Shown one piece after another: positions 10,580-19,070 of a stretch of DNA of 64,000 nucleotides. The first letter of the stretch is position 1, and every line of letters starts with the position of its first letter. This DNA is from an uncultured Candidatus Poseidoniales archaeon. Its GTDB lineage: Archaea > Thermoplasmatota > Poseidoniia > Poseidoniales > Thalassarchaeaceae. The notes beneath the pieces are model-generated. The model searched no databases. It had not been told where the DNA came from and worked only from the letters and a program-made list of their open reading frames with translations. The stretch spans positions 14,601-78,600 of the forward strand of contig CAZUBQ010000004.1 of NCBI GenBank assembly GCA_964618995.1, given 5' to 3'. The position numbers and the translations under genes are program-made.

Positions 10580-11910
10580 AGCAGGTCAGGATGCTCATCG
10601 AGATAGGCGATTGACACCCGCCGGTCTTGGAAGTCAGGCTCGTCCATGATCGCCTGATGCAGAGGGATGACGGTATCGACCCCAATCAGAGTCGTCTCTG
10701 CGAGCGCGCTGCGCATGCCGGCAATCGCTCGCTCACGATCTGGACCCCAGACAATCAACTTGGCCAACAGTGAATCAAAGCATCCTGGCATCTCGTAGCC
10801 CACGTGCGCGTGGGTGTCCACGCGCACACCGAATCCAGCAGGGAAGTGGCAATCCCACAACCTTCCTGGCGAGGGGGTGAACCGACGTGGGTCCTCGGCG
10901 TTGATGCGGCACTGGATTGCATGGCCGGACCAGTGGATGTCCTCCTGCGACAGCGGTAGCGACTCTCCCGAAGCGACGCGTATCCCGAGACTGACCAAAT
11001 CATGGCCAGTCAACATCTCGGTCACCGTGTGCTCCACCTGCACCCGTGGATTAACCTCCAAGAAGTTGAACTCACCCGATGAATCGCGGAGGAACTCGAA
11101 TGTCGCCAGCCCGCGATATCCCACTGACCGCGCTCCCTCACACACACGTGCTCCTATGTCCGCGCGCACCTCATCCGATAGCCATGGCCCCTCCTCCAGA
11201 AGTTTCTGATGGCGACGCTGAATAGAGCAGAACCGCTCGCCGAAATGCACGGCATCGGTTCCGTCAGCGAGTACCTGGAACTCGATGTGCTGGGCACCCT
11301 CGATGAACTTCTCGACGAACACGCGTTCATCGCCGAATGCTGAGGCGGCGCGTGACTGACACAACTTGAGAGCTGAATCGAACTCTCCAGCATCGTTCAC
11401 TATCTGCATCCCGATGCCGCCGCCGCCCGCCGCCGCCTTGAGGATGACCGGGTAACCGATTTCGGTAGCGAGTGATGCCGCCTCGTCGGCGTTAGAGACC
11501 GGCTCGTCGCTGCCGGCAGCCACTGGCAGACCTGCCTCCTGCATCAGCCGACGCGCCTCTATCTTGTCGCCCAGATTGCGAATGACCTCCGAGGATGGGC
11601 CGATGAACGTGATGCCGTTCTCCTCACATCGGCGTACGAATTCTGCGTTCTCTGCCAGAAATCCATAGCCGGGGTGAATCGCCTGTGCCCCGACCTCCTT
11701 GGCAGCTCCAATAATCGCATCGATGTTGAGATAGGAATCGATCGGGCTGTCGAGATAGAGTGGCACGGCATGGTCGGAGAGGCGAACAGGGAGGGAGAGC
11801 CGGTCCTCACGCCCGTGCACGATTGCGACTTCGCAACCCAGACCGCGCAGTGAGCGGAGAATCCTGAGCGCGATTTCGCCGCGGTTGGCGATGAGTACTC
11901 GCTCGAACAT
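10576..11910 (-). CDS. accC: Biotin carboxylase (ATP-grasp subunit of an acyl-CoA / pyruvate carboxylase).
   Basis: MFERVLIANRGEIALRILRS...HPGYGFLAENAEFV...NPRVQVEHTVTEMLTG are canonical biotin carboxylase motifs. Confidence 0.9.
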   Translation of the reverse strand: MFERVLIANRGEIALRILRSLRGLGCEVAIVHGREDRLSLPVRLSDHAVPLYLDSPIDSYLNIDAIIGAAKEVGAQAIHPGYGFLAENAEFVRRCEENGITFIGPSSEVIRNLGDKIEARRLMQEAGLPVAAGSDEPVSNADEAASLATEIGYPVILKAAAGGGGIGMQIVNDAGEFDSALKLCQSRAASAFGDERVFVEKFIEGAQHIEFQVLADGTDAVHFGERFCSIQRRHQKLLEEGPWLSDEVRADIGARVCEGARSVGYRGLATFEFLRDSSGEFNFLEVNPRVQVEHTVTEMLTGHDLVSLGIRVASGESLPLSQEDIHWSGHAIQCRINAEDPRRFTPSPGRLWDCHFPAGFGVRVDTHAHVGYEMPGCFDSLLAKLIVWGPDRERAIAGMRSALAETTLIGVDTVIPLHQAIMDEPDFQDRRVSIAYLDEHPDLL

Positions 11911-11964
11911 GCAACCCGACGAGAGAACCCGGTTCAAGAGCCTGACCCATCACTTGAATGAGGT

Positions 11965-13248
11965 TCAGTAGACGTCTCGGAGGTAGCGTTTCTCCTCCTT
12001 CATCATTCCCACCTCGACGAACTGCTTCGCATCTTCGGCCGACATCTCACCATATTCCTCGACGATGTCGATGAGTGTCTGGTGGACATCTTTTGCCATG
12101 TAATTCTTGTCTCCGCAGACATAGAAGTAGGCTCCATTCTCAAGCCACACCCAAATCTCCGCGGCGTGTTTCTGCATCAGATGCTGAACGTAGACCTTCG
12201 GCTTGTCGGGTTCGCGTGACCACGCCAGGTCGAGTTGCGTCAGGTGTCCTGTTTTCAGCCAGTGCTGCAACTGGTCCCGATAGAGGAATTCGCCCTTCTC
12301 AGTTCGGTCCCCGAAGAACAGCCAGTTGTGTCCTTTCGCCCCTTCAATCTCCCTTTGTTCTAGGAAGGCTCGGAAGGGAGCGATGCCGGTTCCGGGCCCA
12401 ATCATGATGATGTCCACATCTCCGTCCTCGGGCAGCACGAACGAACGGGTGGGCGACATGAACACCGGGATATCTAGGGTGTTGAGTTCGGTGTGGTCAG
12501 CGAGGTAGACTGTGCACAGGCCACCGCGAGCGCGGTCGTGATGCTCGTAGCGGACGATGGCGACCGTCAACTCGACGATGCCGGGGTGGGCATCAGGTGA
12601 CGAGGCGATTGAATAGAGACGGGGCTTGAGCCGATCGAGACCGGACACGAACTCCAGAGGCGTGAACAGGAGGTGAGGGAAGTCACCTAGCAGGTCGATG
12701 TAGTCACGCGACCAGATGTAGTTCTCCATCGCCTCGTCGTCCTCCACAAGCGACGACCAGAGCGTGTAGGACGGATCGAGCGCGCCACCCACGGGATTGA
12801 AGTCAGCAGGGAAGTCCTCATCCTCACCGGACCAATGCCACTTCTGGGTGGCCTCGCCCGATGACACCGCGGTGCGGCTGCGATTGACCAGACGGATCTC
12901 CACTGGTTTGGCAGAACTGTCGAACTTTGGCTCAAGCGCCTTGATGAATTTCTTGTTCAGTCGGTGGATCTCATATGTGTGCAGCAGAGCGTGGCCGACC
13001 TCCTGCTCACCGAGGTGGGTCTCAACCATCTCATCTCCGCTGAAACCGAGCAGCGCAAGCAAGTCAGTCACAAGTTCAGGAGGGTTGTGCGGGATGATTG
13101 CGAGCGCGTCGCCAGCCTTGTACTCAAGTCCTGAGTCACCCAGCGCGACCGAAAAGTGACGAGTCTCCTTGTTGGAATACTCGGTCGTCAAGCAGTAGTT
13201 CTCCGTCAACTCTGCCATATACGGATTCTTGCTGCTCCAGTCGCTCAT
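11965..13248 (-). CDS. NADPH-dependent flavoprotein with a CysJ / cytochrome-P450-reductase-type FAD/NADPH-binding (FNR-like) domain and no flavodoxin domain.
   Basis: SKNPYMAELTENYCLTTEYSNKETRHFSVALGDSGLEYKAGDALAI...RLYSIASSP...GPGTGIAPFRAF...YVCGD matches the CysJ/CPR FNR module. Confidence 0.7.
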   Translation of the reverse strand: MSDWSSKNPYMAELTENYCLTTEYSNKETRHFSVALGDSGLEYKAGDALAIIPHNPPELVTDLLALLGFSGDEMVETHLGEQEVGHALLHTYEIHRLNKKFIKALEPKFDSSAKPVEIRLVNRSRTAVSSGEATQKWHWSGEDEDFPADFNPVGGALDPSYTLWSSLVEDDEAMENYIWSRDYIDLLGDFPHLLFTPLEFVSGLDRLKPRLYSIASSPDAHPGIVELTVAIVRYEHHDRARGGLCTVYLADHTELNTLDIPVFMSPTRSFVLPEDGDVDIIMIGPGTGIAPFRAFLEQREIEGAKGHNWLFFGDRTEKGEFLYRDQLQHWLKTGHLTQLDLAWSREPDKPKVYVQHLMQKHAAEIWVWLENGAYFYVCGDKNYMAKDVHQTLIDIVEEYGEMSAEDAKQFVEVGMMKEEKRYLRDVY

Positions 13249-13451
13249 GCCAATCCGCCCGCGCACCTCTGGAACTCAAGGTCGAACGGCCGTTCCAACC
13301 CCGGTTTATCAAACGCTGCATCAAGCGACCAGCGCGTGGTCGACACTGAGCAGGTCGGCACGGCTGCGCCTAGGAGTGACAGCAGCCTCGGTCGGTGAAT
13401 GCTTTATCCATAACCGGACCAAGACCGCGAGCGCAAGCGGGGGAATGTGGG

Positions 13452-14252
13452 ATGGTCGAAGTTCACTTTCTTGGTTCAGGGAACGCGTTCTGTCCCTCTG
13501 GCAGGATGCACTCTCTGGTGCTCATCGATGGCGGCTTGCTCATCGACGCTCCGCCGACGTTGCTGGCACAGTTACGCATCGCCGACATTTCTCCGGCTGA
13601 CATTGACACTCTACTTGTGACCCATTGGCACGGCGACCACACATTCGGATTCCCATTTCTGCTGCTCGAGAGGCGTTACATCTCTGACCGGGACGGAGAT
13701 TACACTCTGGATGTTCACGCCCACACTGGTGGAGAACAGAGGTTGAGTCACCTGTGCGACCTCGCTTTCCCAGGTTCGCTGGGTGATGTGCTGGCTGAGC
13801 GAGTGCGCTTCCACGAACACCCCTCGGGAGAGATCGAAGGCATGGCGCGCGTCGACGGCGGCTGGACATTCGAACGCTACCCGGTGCATCACGTACCGGA
13901 AACTGAACCACACGGCTACAGCCTGACACACGAATCTGGGTTGGTCCTTCTCCACTGTGGAGACTCAGGACCGTGCGCCGAGATTGAGCGCAGGGCTCCC
14001 GACGCCGACGTGGTGATCATCGAACTCGGGATTCCCGACGAGGTTCCCTCGGACATCCACTACAAACCATCAACCCTCACAGACCTGGCGCGCGCCTGCC
14101 CCCAGACGACCTTCCTCGCCACTCATCTGTTCACTGAATCGGGGCCTGAATCTGCAGGTGAAGTTCCATCTCTTCCGCGCAATGTCATTCAAGTCGCCGA
14201 CGGTGACCGGTTTCTACTCGAAAAGAGCGGCGTAACTCGGATTTCCAATTGA
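13452..14252 (+). CDS. Metallo-beta-lactamase fold hydrolase (RNase Z-like MBL family).
   Basis: THWHGDHTFGFPFLL (HxHxDH motif), from ORF 13395..14252 with start at MVEVHFLGSGNA. Confidence 0.7.
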   Translation: MVEVHFLGSGNAFCPSGRMHSLVLIDGGLLIDAPPTLLAQLRIADISPADIDTLLVTHWHGDHTFGFPFLLLERRYISDRDGDYTLDVHAHTGGEQRLSHLCDLAFPGSLGDVLAERVRFHEHPSGEIEGMARVDGGWTFERYPVHHVPETEPHGYSLTHESGLVLLHCGDSGPCAEIERRAPDADVVIIELGIPDEVPSDIHYKPSTLTDLARACPQTTFLATHLFTESGPESAGEVPSLPRNVIQVADGDRFLLEKSGVTRISN

Positions 14253-14735
14253 GACCTGCCGAAAATAAGTTAGATATAATTACGTATATGTATCTCTGAT
14301 TGGGTGATTTATTTCAGATAATCACATCTCTCATACGTCTGATAATGCGCGCGCTGTTTCAGCTGAAATGATTTCGCGGACACTTCACGAACCTCCGAGG
14401 ATCCATCCAGACTCGGCCGACAATCTTAATCTCCGCTTCACCATCTCCCGGCCGTGCCGGCTCCACATGTCACGGGTGATTTGAACGCTGTCTAGAAGGT
14501 GCTTCAGAACGCTCTGCTGCTCCCGAATTGGTGTTATCTATACACCACTTCCAATTGCGCGGAGGACGAAGATGAATTGAATCGCATGCGGCGCGAGTAT
14601 CGGGCGATTCCAACGTGTCTGGCAAGCAGGCTTATTACACCCTGCTAGCGTCGCTGGAATTCCCTGTGCCAAAGTCGTGATGAACGCGTAAGTGAACTGA
14701 GCGGCCGGGCATGAGGGGGTCGGAGTTGTTAGAAA
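14243..14735. other. Putative chromosomal replication origin (oriC). An AT-rich unwinding element at 14261-14347 is flanked by ORB-like TTCCAATTG motifs at 14243-14255 and 14549-14561, with a TTTCAGCTGAAA dyad at 14357-14368, immediately upstream of orc1/cdc6.
   Basis: Non-coding 484-nt spacer whose AT content is far above the window average (gaaaataagttagatataattacgtatatgtatc...). Repeated TTCCAATTG[A/C]G elements resemble the archaeal ORB core TTCCAGTGGAAAC. It sits directly next to the initiator gene. Confidence 0.4.
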
Positions 14736-15977
14736 ATGAATGAAAATATTTTCGAACAACTACTAGATGAGGCCAGCCTGTTCAAGAATCGCGAGGTTCT
14801 GCACCACGGTTTCACCCCCAATACGCTCCCGCATCGCGAGCGCGAAATAAAGACGCTCGTCCATAACTTAGTCGAGGCTCTCCAAGGCCAAATTCCCTCA
14901 AACATGCTGCTCTATGGGCAGCCTGGCTCAGGGAAGACAGCGGTAACCCGATTCGTATCCCAGCAGTTACTCGCCAGGGGAGCAGAACTCGGACGGCCAG
15001 TACACGTCGTCGAGGTGAATTGCTGTACTGTAGACACGAAGTACAGAGTACTGGCACAGATTGGTAACTCAATCAGGCGCGAGGGACAGAGCGCCATTCC
15101 ATTCACCGGCTGGCCGACCGACAAGGTGCTCGAGCGTCTGAAGGAGAACATGGATGCCATCGGCGGGGTACACGTGATCGTGCTCGACGAGGTGGACCAT
15201 CTGGTGCACAAGAGCGGTGACGGCGTCCTCTATCCTTTGACGAGCCTGAACTACGAACTACGTAACTCCCGCTGCTGCATCATCGGCATCACCAACGATC
15301 TTCTGTTTCCCGACATGCTCGACCCTCGCGTCGCCTCCCGTCTCGGCTCGGAGGATCTGGTGTTCGCTCCGTATAACGCCGCCCAGATAGAGGATGTACT
15401 CACCGCGCGGGCAATAGAAGGAATCAGGGAAGGAGTACTCGATGACGGCATCATCGGATTGTGTGCCGCGCTGTCAGCTCAGGAGCATGGAGACGCACGG
15501 CGTGCACTCGACCTGTTGCGTATCTCGGTTCAGAAGGCTGAGCACGACAATAGCGAGAATGTGAATGTGCAGCACGTGCGCTTGGCACAGAACCAACTCG
15601 AGTTCGACCAGATCACTCCAGTGATTGCCACCCTGACAGCACATCAGAAACTTGTGCTCTACAGCGTCCTGTTGAACGAGCGCAATGGCCTGAGAAACGT
15701 TTCCACTGGTGAGGTGTACACGGTTTACCAGATGACCTGTGCCAACGCAGGATTGAGCCCGCTGACCTCCAGAAGAGTGTCCGACCTCATCCTCATATTG
15801 GACGCGCTGAACCTTGTCACTGCCAAGACGATCAGTCTCGGAAGAGAAGGTAGGAGCAAGCGCATCAACTCCTGCATCCCTGAAATGGTCGACCCAATCA
15901 AGGTGATGCTGGAATCCGACGATTCAATCAAGTCCGCCATCGAAGCTCAATACAGGCTACAAACCCGACTCGGTTGA
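14736..15977 (+). CDS. orc1: Orc1/Cdc6 replication initiator.
   Basis: LYGQPGSGKTAVTRFV Walker A, an AAA+ fold and a C-terminal winged-helix region, typical of archaeal Orc1/Cdc6. Confidence 0.9.
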   Translation: MNENIFEQLLDEASLFKNREVLHHGFTPNTLPHREREIKTLVHNLVEALQGQIPSNMLLYGQPGSGKTAVTRFVSQQLLARGAELGRPVHVVEVNCCTVDTKYRVLAQIGNSIRREGQSAIPFTGWPTDKVLERLKENMDAIGGVHVIVLDEVDHLVHKSGDGVLYPLTSLNYELRNSRCCIIGITNDLLFPDMLDPRVASRLGSEDLVFAPYNAAQIEDVLTARAIEGIREGVLDDGIIGLCAALSAQEHGDARRALDLLRISVQKAEHDNSENVNVQHVRLAQNQLEFDQITPVIATLTAHQKLVLYSVLLNERNGLRNVSTGEVYTVYQMTCANAGLSPLTSRRVSDLILILDALNLVTAKTISLGREGRSKRINSCIPEMVDPIKVMLESDDSIKSAIEAQYRLQTRLG

Positions 15978-16063
15978 TGTGCCCGACTTTCAGTGGCCTG
16001 ACTCCGCTACAGCACACCACTCACCCCTGAGAATCGTTAAGACGGACTCACAGGTCGCCGCCA

Positions 16064-16669
16064 GTGATGAGCGACGACGATTCCAGCGCTGCCGGCGAGT
16101 TGCAGATGATTACCGGCTGGCTGAAGTCTCCCGGCAAAGGCTTCTCGCAGTTGATGTTCGGCCTCGGAGTCTGGGGCATCGCATTGGGCATCATCAACCT
16201 CGTGTGGGGCGCGGTGGTGATGGGTGAGCGCAAGGTGATCTGGGCCGGCTGGCTGACAATGGGGAAGTTGTGGGATGAGCCATACACAGATTTCGAAGGA
16301 ATCTCCGCATCATTTCGACCATACTCAGACACGGTGTTCCTTGCGATGGGAGTCATCGCACTCCTCTGGGGTGCTCATGGAATCAACCAACGATTCGAAG
16401 GTGGCTTCCAAGGCTGGCTCAAGGGACTGGCCTCCGATTCCATTTGGACAAATCTGACTTCCTCAGGCGAGGAAGGAGGTTGGACGATGACCTTCTCCGC
16501 CTGGTGCCTGCTGGCCGGATTCGGCTTCTACCTCTGGTGGGGATTCGTCTACTGGGGCTGGGTTGACATCGGTGTCTATGCCGTGACCGCACCGCTGCTG
16601 GCGTTCGGCTTCGGGCTGCGCTACGCGGCGTATGCAGAGGCGGCCCAATCTGCGGACGCTTCTGATTGA
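16064..16669 (+). CDS. Hypothetical integral membrane protein with about 5 TM helices, Trp/Gly-rich.
   Basis: Hydrophobic segments such as GLGVWGIALGIINLVWGAVVMG and CLLAGFGFYLWWGFVYWGWVDIGVYAV. Confidence 0.55.
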   Translation: MMSDDDSSAAGELQMITGWLKSPGKGFSQLMFGLGVWGIALGIINLVWGAVVMGERKVIWAGWLTMGKLWDEPYTDFEGISASFRPYSDTVFLAMGVIALLWGAHGINQRFEGGFQGWLKGLASDSIWTNLTSSGEEGGWTMTFSAWCLLAGFGFYLWWGFVYWGWVDIGVYAVTAPLLAFGFGLRYAAYAEAAQSADASD

Positions 16670-16672
16670 TGT

Positions 16673-17662
16673 TCACTTCTTGGCGAACAGGCGGCGATGG
16701 CCGTTCCTCCCTAGAAGCGCATCGACGCATCCCTCGAATGCTCCCAGCCAGAGAGCACAACTCCACAGAACATGAATTCGAAATGCGATCAGTGCCACGA
16801 GAAAGCAACTCGCCATCACGATCCAGAATGGTGCCATCGTAGCAGTGAAGTTGTCCGGTGGGCCGAACAGAAGGAACGAACTCCATATGAACAGCACAGC
16901 AGGCAGCAGGGGAGCGATGATTTTTGCATCATTCGTGAAATCGTGTTTCACTCCTCGATACCCTCTGATGATTCTCACGTGCGCGCGGGCGTCGCGCCTT
17001 CGTTTGGACAGGAACTGTAGCAGTGATTCTTCGGAAAGGTGGTTGACCACAGCATCTGCGACGTACCGAATCTCACCGCCTGATTCGAGGATGCGCATCG
17101 AGGCCTCCATGTCTTCCGCGTGATACCACTCCGGATCGAATCCACCTCGCACAATTAGAGACCCTCTCCTGAACATCGAACATGGGCCATTGGCAAGCGT
17201 AGCCTGTTCACCCCGAAATGCATACTTCTCGGCTATCATAGATGCTCTCAACTTGCTGACCGAGGTTCTGCCCTCATCGAAAATGGTTCGACCGGTGACT
17301 GCTTCAACGCCATCGCTGGATGCCATCATCACAGATATCCAGTCGGGTTCCGCTCGGCAGTCGATGTCGGTGATTGCCACCCAATCTCCATTCGCTTCGT
17401 TGAGCGCGAGGTTGCGCCCTGCGGAGAGTCCGAGCGGCTGCTGCTGTAGCACGCGGATTGAGATGCCGTGGGATTCAGGGCGCTCTGCTTCCGGGTCGTG
17501 CCATGCCTGGATGACTTCGGCTCCGCCGTCCGACGAGCCGTCGTCGACGGCGATGATCTCGAGCGGCCTGTAGGTCTGCGCAGCGAGTGCGGCCATGCAG
17601 TCGTCGATCCATCGCGCCCCATCACGGACACACACGGTGACGCTCACGAGCGGCTCGCTCAC
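16673..17662 (-). CDS. Family 2 glycosyltransferase (GT-A fold) with a C-terminal membrane anchor.
   Basis: VSVTVCVRDGARWIDDCMAALAAQTYRPLEIIAVDDGSSDG plus TDIDCRAEPDW (DxD-type motifs). Overlaps the next gene by 4 nt. Confidence 0.8.
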   Translation of the reverse strand: MSEPLVSVTVCVRDGARWIDDCMAALAAQTYRPLEIIAVDDGSSDGGAEVIQAWHDPEAERPESHGISIRVLQQQPLGLSAGRNLALNEANGDWVAITDIDCRAEPDWISVMMASSDGVEAVTGRTIFDEGRTSVSKLRASMIAEKYAFRGEQATLANGPCSMFRRGSLIVRGGFDPEWYHAEDMEASMRILESGGEIRYVADAVVNHLSEESLLQFLSKRRRDARAHVRIIRGYRGVKHDFTNDAKIIAPLLPAVLFIWSSFLLFGPPDNFTATMAPFWIVMASCFLVALIAFRIHVLWSCALWLGAFEGCVDALLGRNGHRRLFAKK

Positions 17663-18678
17663 CCGCCCACCTCGGTGGTGAACAGGTCGAGGAGTCGACG
17701 AGCTCGCTCTTTGATCGCTTCATCTGTGACTCGCAGAACCACTCCCTCGCCTGGTTGGCCGTAGAGGATGACGCTGCCTAGTGGTGCCAGCAGATGGATG
17801 ACGATTGGTGCCAGATCCTCTTCACCCTCGACCTCCAGCAATGTGTTCCCATGATTCGCCAGAGCCTCCCTGGTCTTTCGTTTCAGATCGGGAGTGAGCA
17901 GTCCGGCCGGATTCACACAAGTGAGATGATGGTCGAATTGAGCAGGGTCGATTGAGCCGGCTCCCTCCCAAGGTGTTCGCTGAGTCATCCCGTCGATTAC
18001 TCCCAGATCGGGGACTCTGCCTGCATCGAGCATCGCCTTCACTGTCACGTCACCTACACCCACCCACTTCGGTGGCAGGTCTGGTGCAGCCGCCATCGCT
18101 GCCAGAATGGCCTTCTGGGGTTTCGACTCCGGACCTTTGAACAATTCACCCATCGGTTGTTTGAGCTCACCATCGAGAGAGGTTGGCATCCGCTGCAGAC
18201 GCTCCTGCTCCCGCTCCCCCAACCATAGATTTCCCTCCCGGTCGACCTCACCCGCCCTTATTCTGCTCGAAGAGAGGGCATGGCCACTCGAATCGGTCAG
18301 GTGCTCTACTTCGATGATGCTGAGCGGCGTAAGGCCGGCCTCCACGCGCGTGCTGTTGATTGCCTCGCATGCGGACACGGTTTCGGAAGTACAGACGATG
18401 GCGGTGGCATCACGGCGGGATTCAGCCGGTCCGACTGCATCCTCCAGAGGGTGCACGCTGACCTTGTCGGGAGCATTCTCATTGGCCCAGTAGAGGATGG
18501 CGTCGCGACGTACTTCCCAACTTTGGATCAGGCGGGACTTGTGGGCGGCGAGGGTGTCGGTGGTCAGCCAGATCTCGAGTTGATCGCATTGGGAGAGCGC
18601 GGCGGTGAACAGACGTAGGTGACCGGCGTGCAGGTGGTCGAAGGTGCCGCCAACCAAGCACAGAGAGCGGTTCGCCAC
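17659..18678 (-). CDS. Bifunctional CoA-biosynthesis fusion: archaeal-type phosphopantetheine adenylyltransferase (N-terminal) fused to a DUF359-type GTP-dependent dephospho-CoA kinase (C-terminal).
   Basis: N-terminal VGGTFDHLHAGHLRLF...SSSRIRAGEVDREG (cytidylyltransferase HxGH and ISSTRIR-type motifs). C-terminal VGVGDVTV...DGMTQRTP...NPAGLLTP...EVEGEEDLAPI matches the DUF359/UPF0218 conserved blocks. Confidence 0.65.
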   Translation of the reverse strand: MANRSLCLVGGTFDHLHAGHLRLFTAALSQCDQLEIWLTTDTLAAHKSRLIQSWEVRRDAILYWANENAPDKVSVHPLEDAVGPAESRRDATAIVCTSETVSACEAINSTRVEAGLTPLSIIEVEHLTDSSGHALSSSRIRAGEVDREGNLWLGEREQERLQRMPTSLDGELKQPMGELFKGPESKPQKAILAAMAAAPDLPPKWVGVGDVTVKAMLDAGRVPDLGVIDGMTQRTPWEGAGSIDPAQFDHHLTCVNPAGLLTPDLKRKTREALANHGNTLLEVEGEEDLAPIVIHLLAPLGSVILYGQPGEGVVLRVTDEAIKERARRLLDLFTTEVGG

Positions 18679-19070
18679 GGGGATGGGCTGCCGCTCGTAT
18701 CACTTGATGGCTGCGATTCAAAATCCGGAATAAGATGTGCCCCGGAGCGTAACGGCCCGCCTCATCGCCAATGGCTTGGCGAGCCTGACCCACCCCGGGG
18801 CGTCTGTTGGACTGTGTGGTTGTCCCATGAATCATTCCCGCACAAGGTCATCTGGGGACCCATTCACTGTCCATTACCACCCGCTTGCTCCGGTGTTCAT
18901 CCCTTTCGGTCACGCCGGTCTTCGACGGCTGGCTCGCCCGTACCTGGTATCCGGTGATCATCCCCCCGCCGGCGAAGGCCGGGGGTCACGCCGGGGTTGC
19001 GGCCGGGCAGCGTCCGAGCCCGACCCGTTCCCTTTCAATGCTGCGGGGGCGCTGAAGAGACCTGAAACCG

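Noticed and set aside
18730-18800. tRNA-like inverted repeat GCCCCGG ... CCGGGGC.
   Set aside because: The span is only ~63 nt with no T-loop (TTCRANY) or D-arm, so it cannot fold into a cloverleaf. Probably just a GC-rich hairpin.
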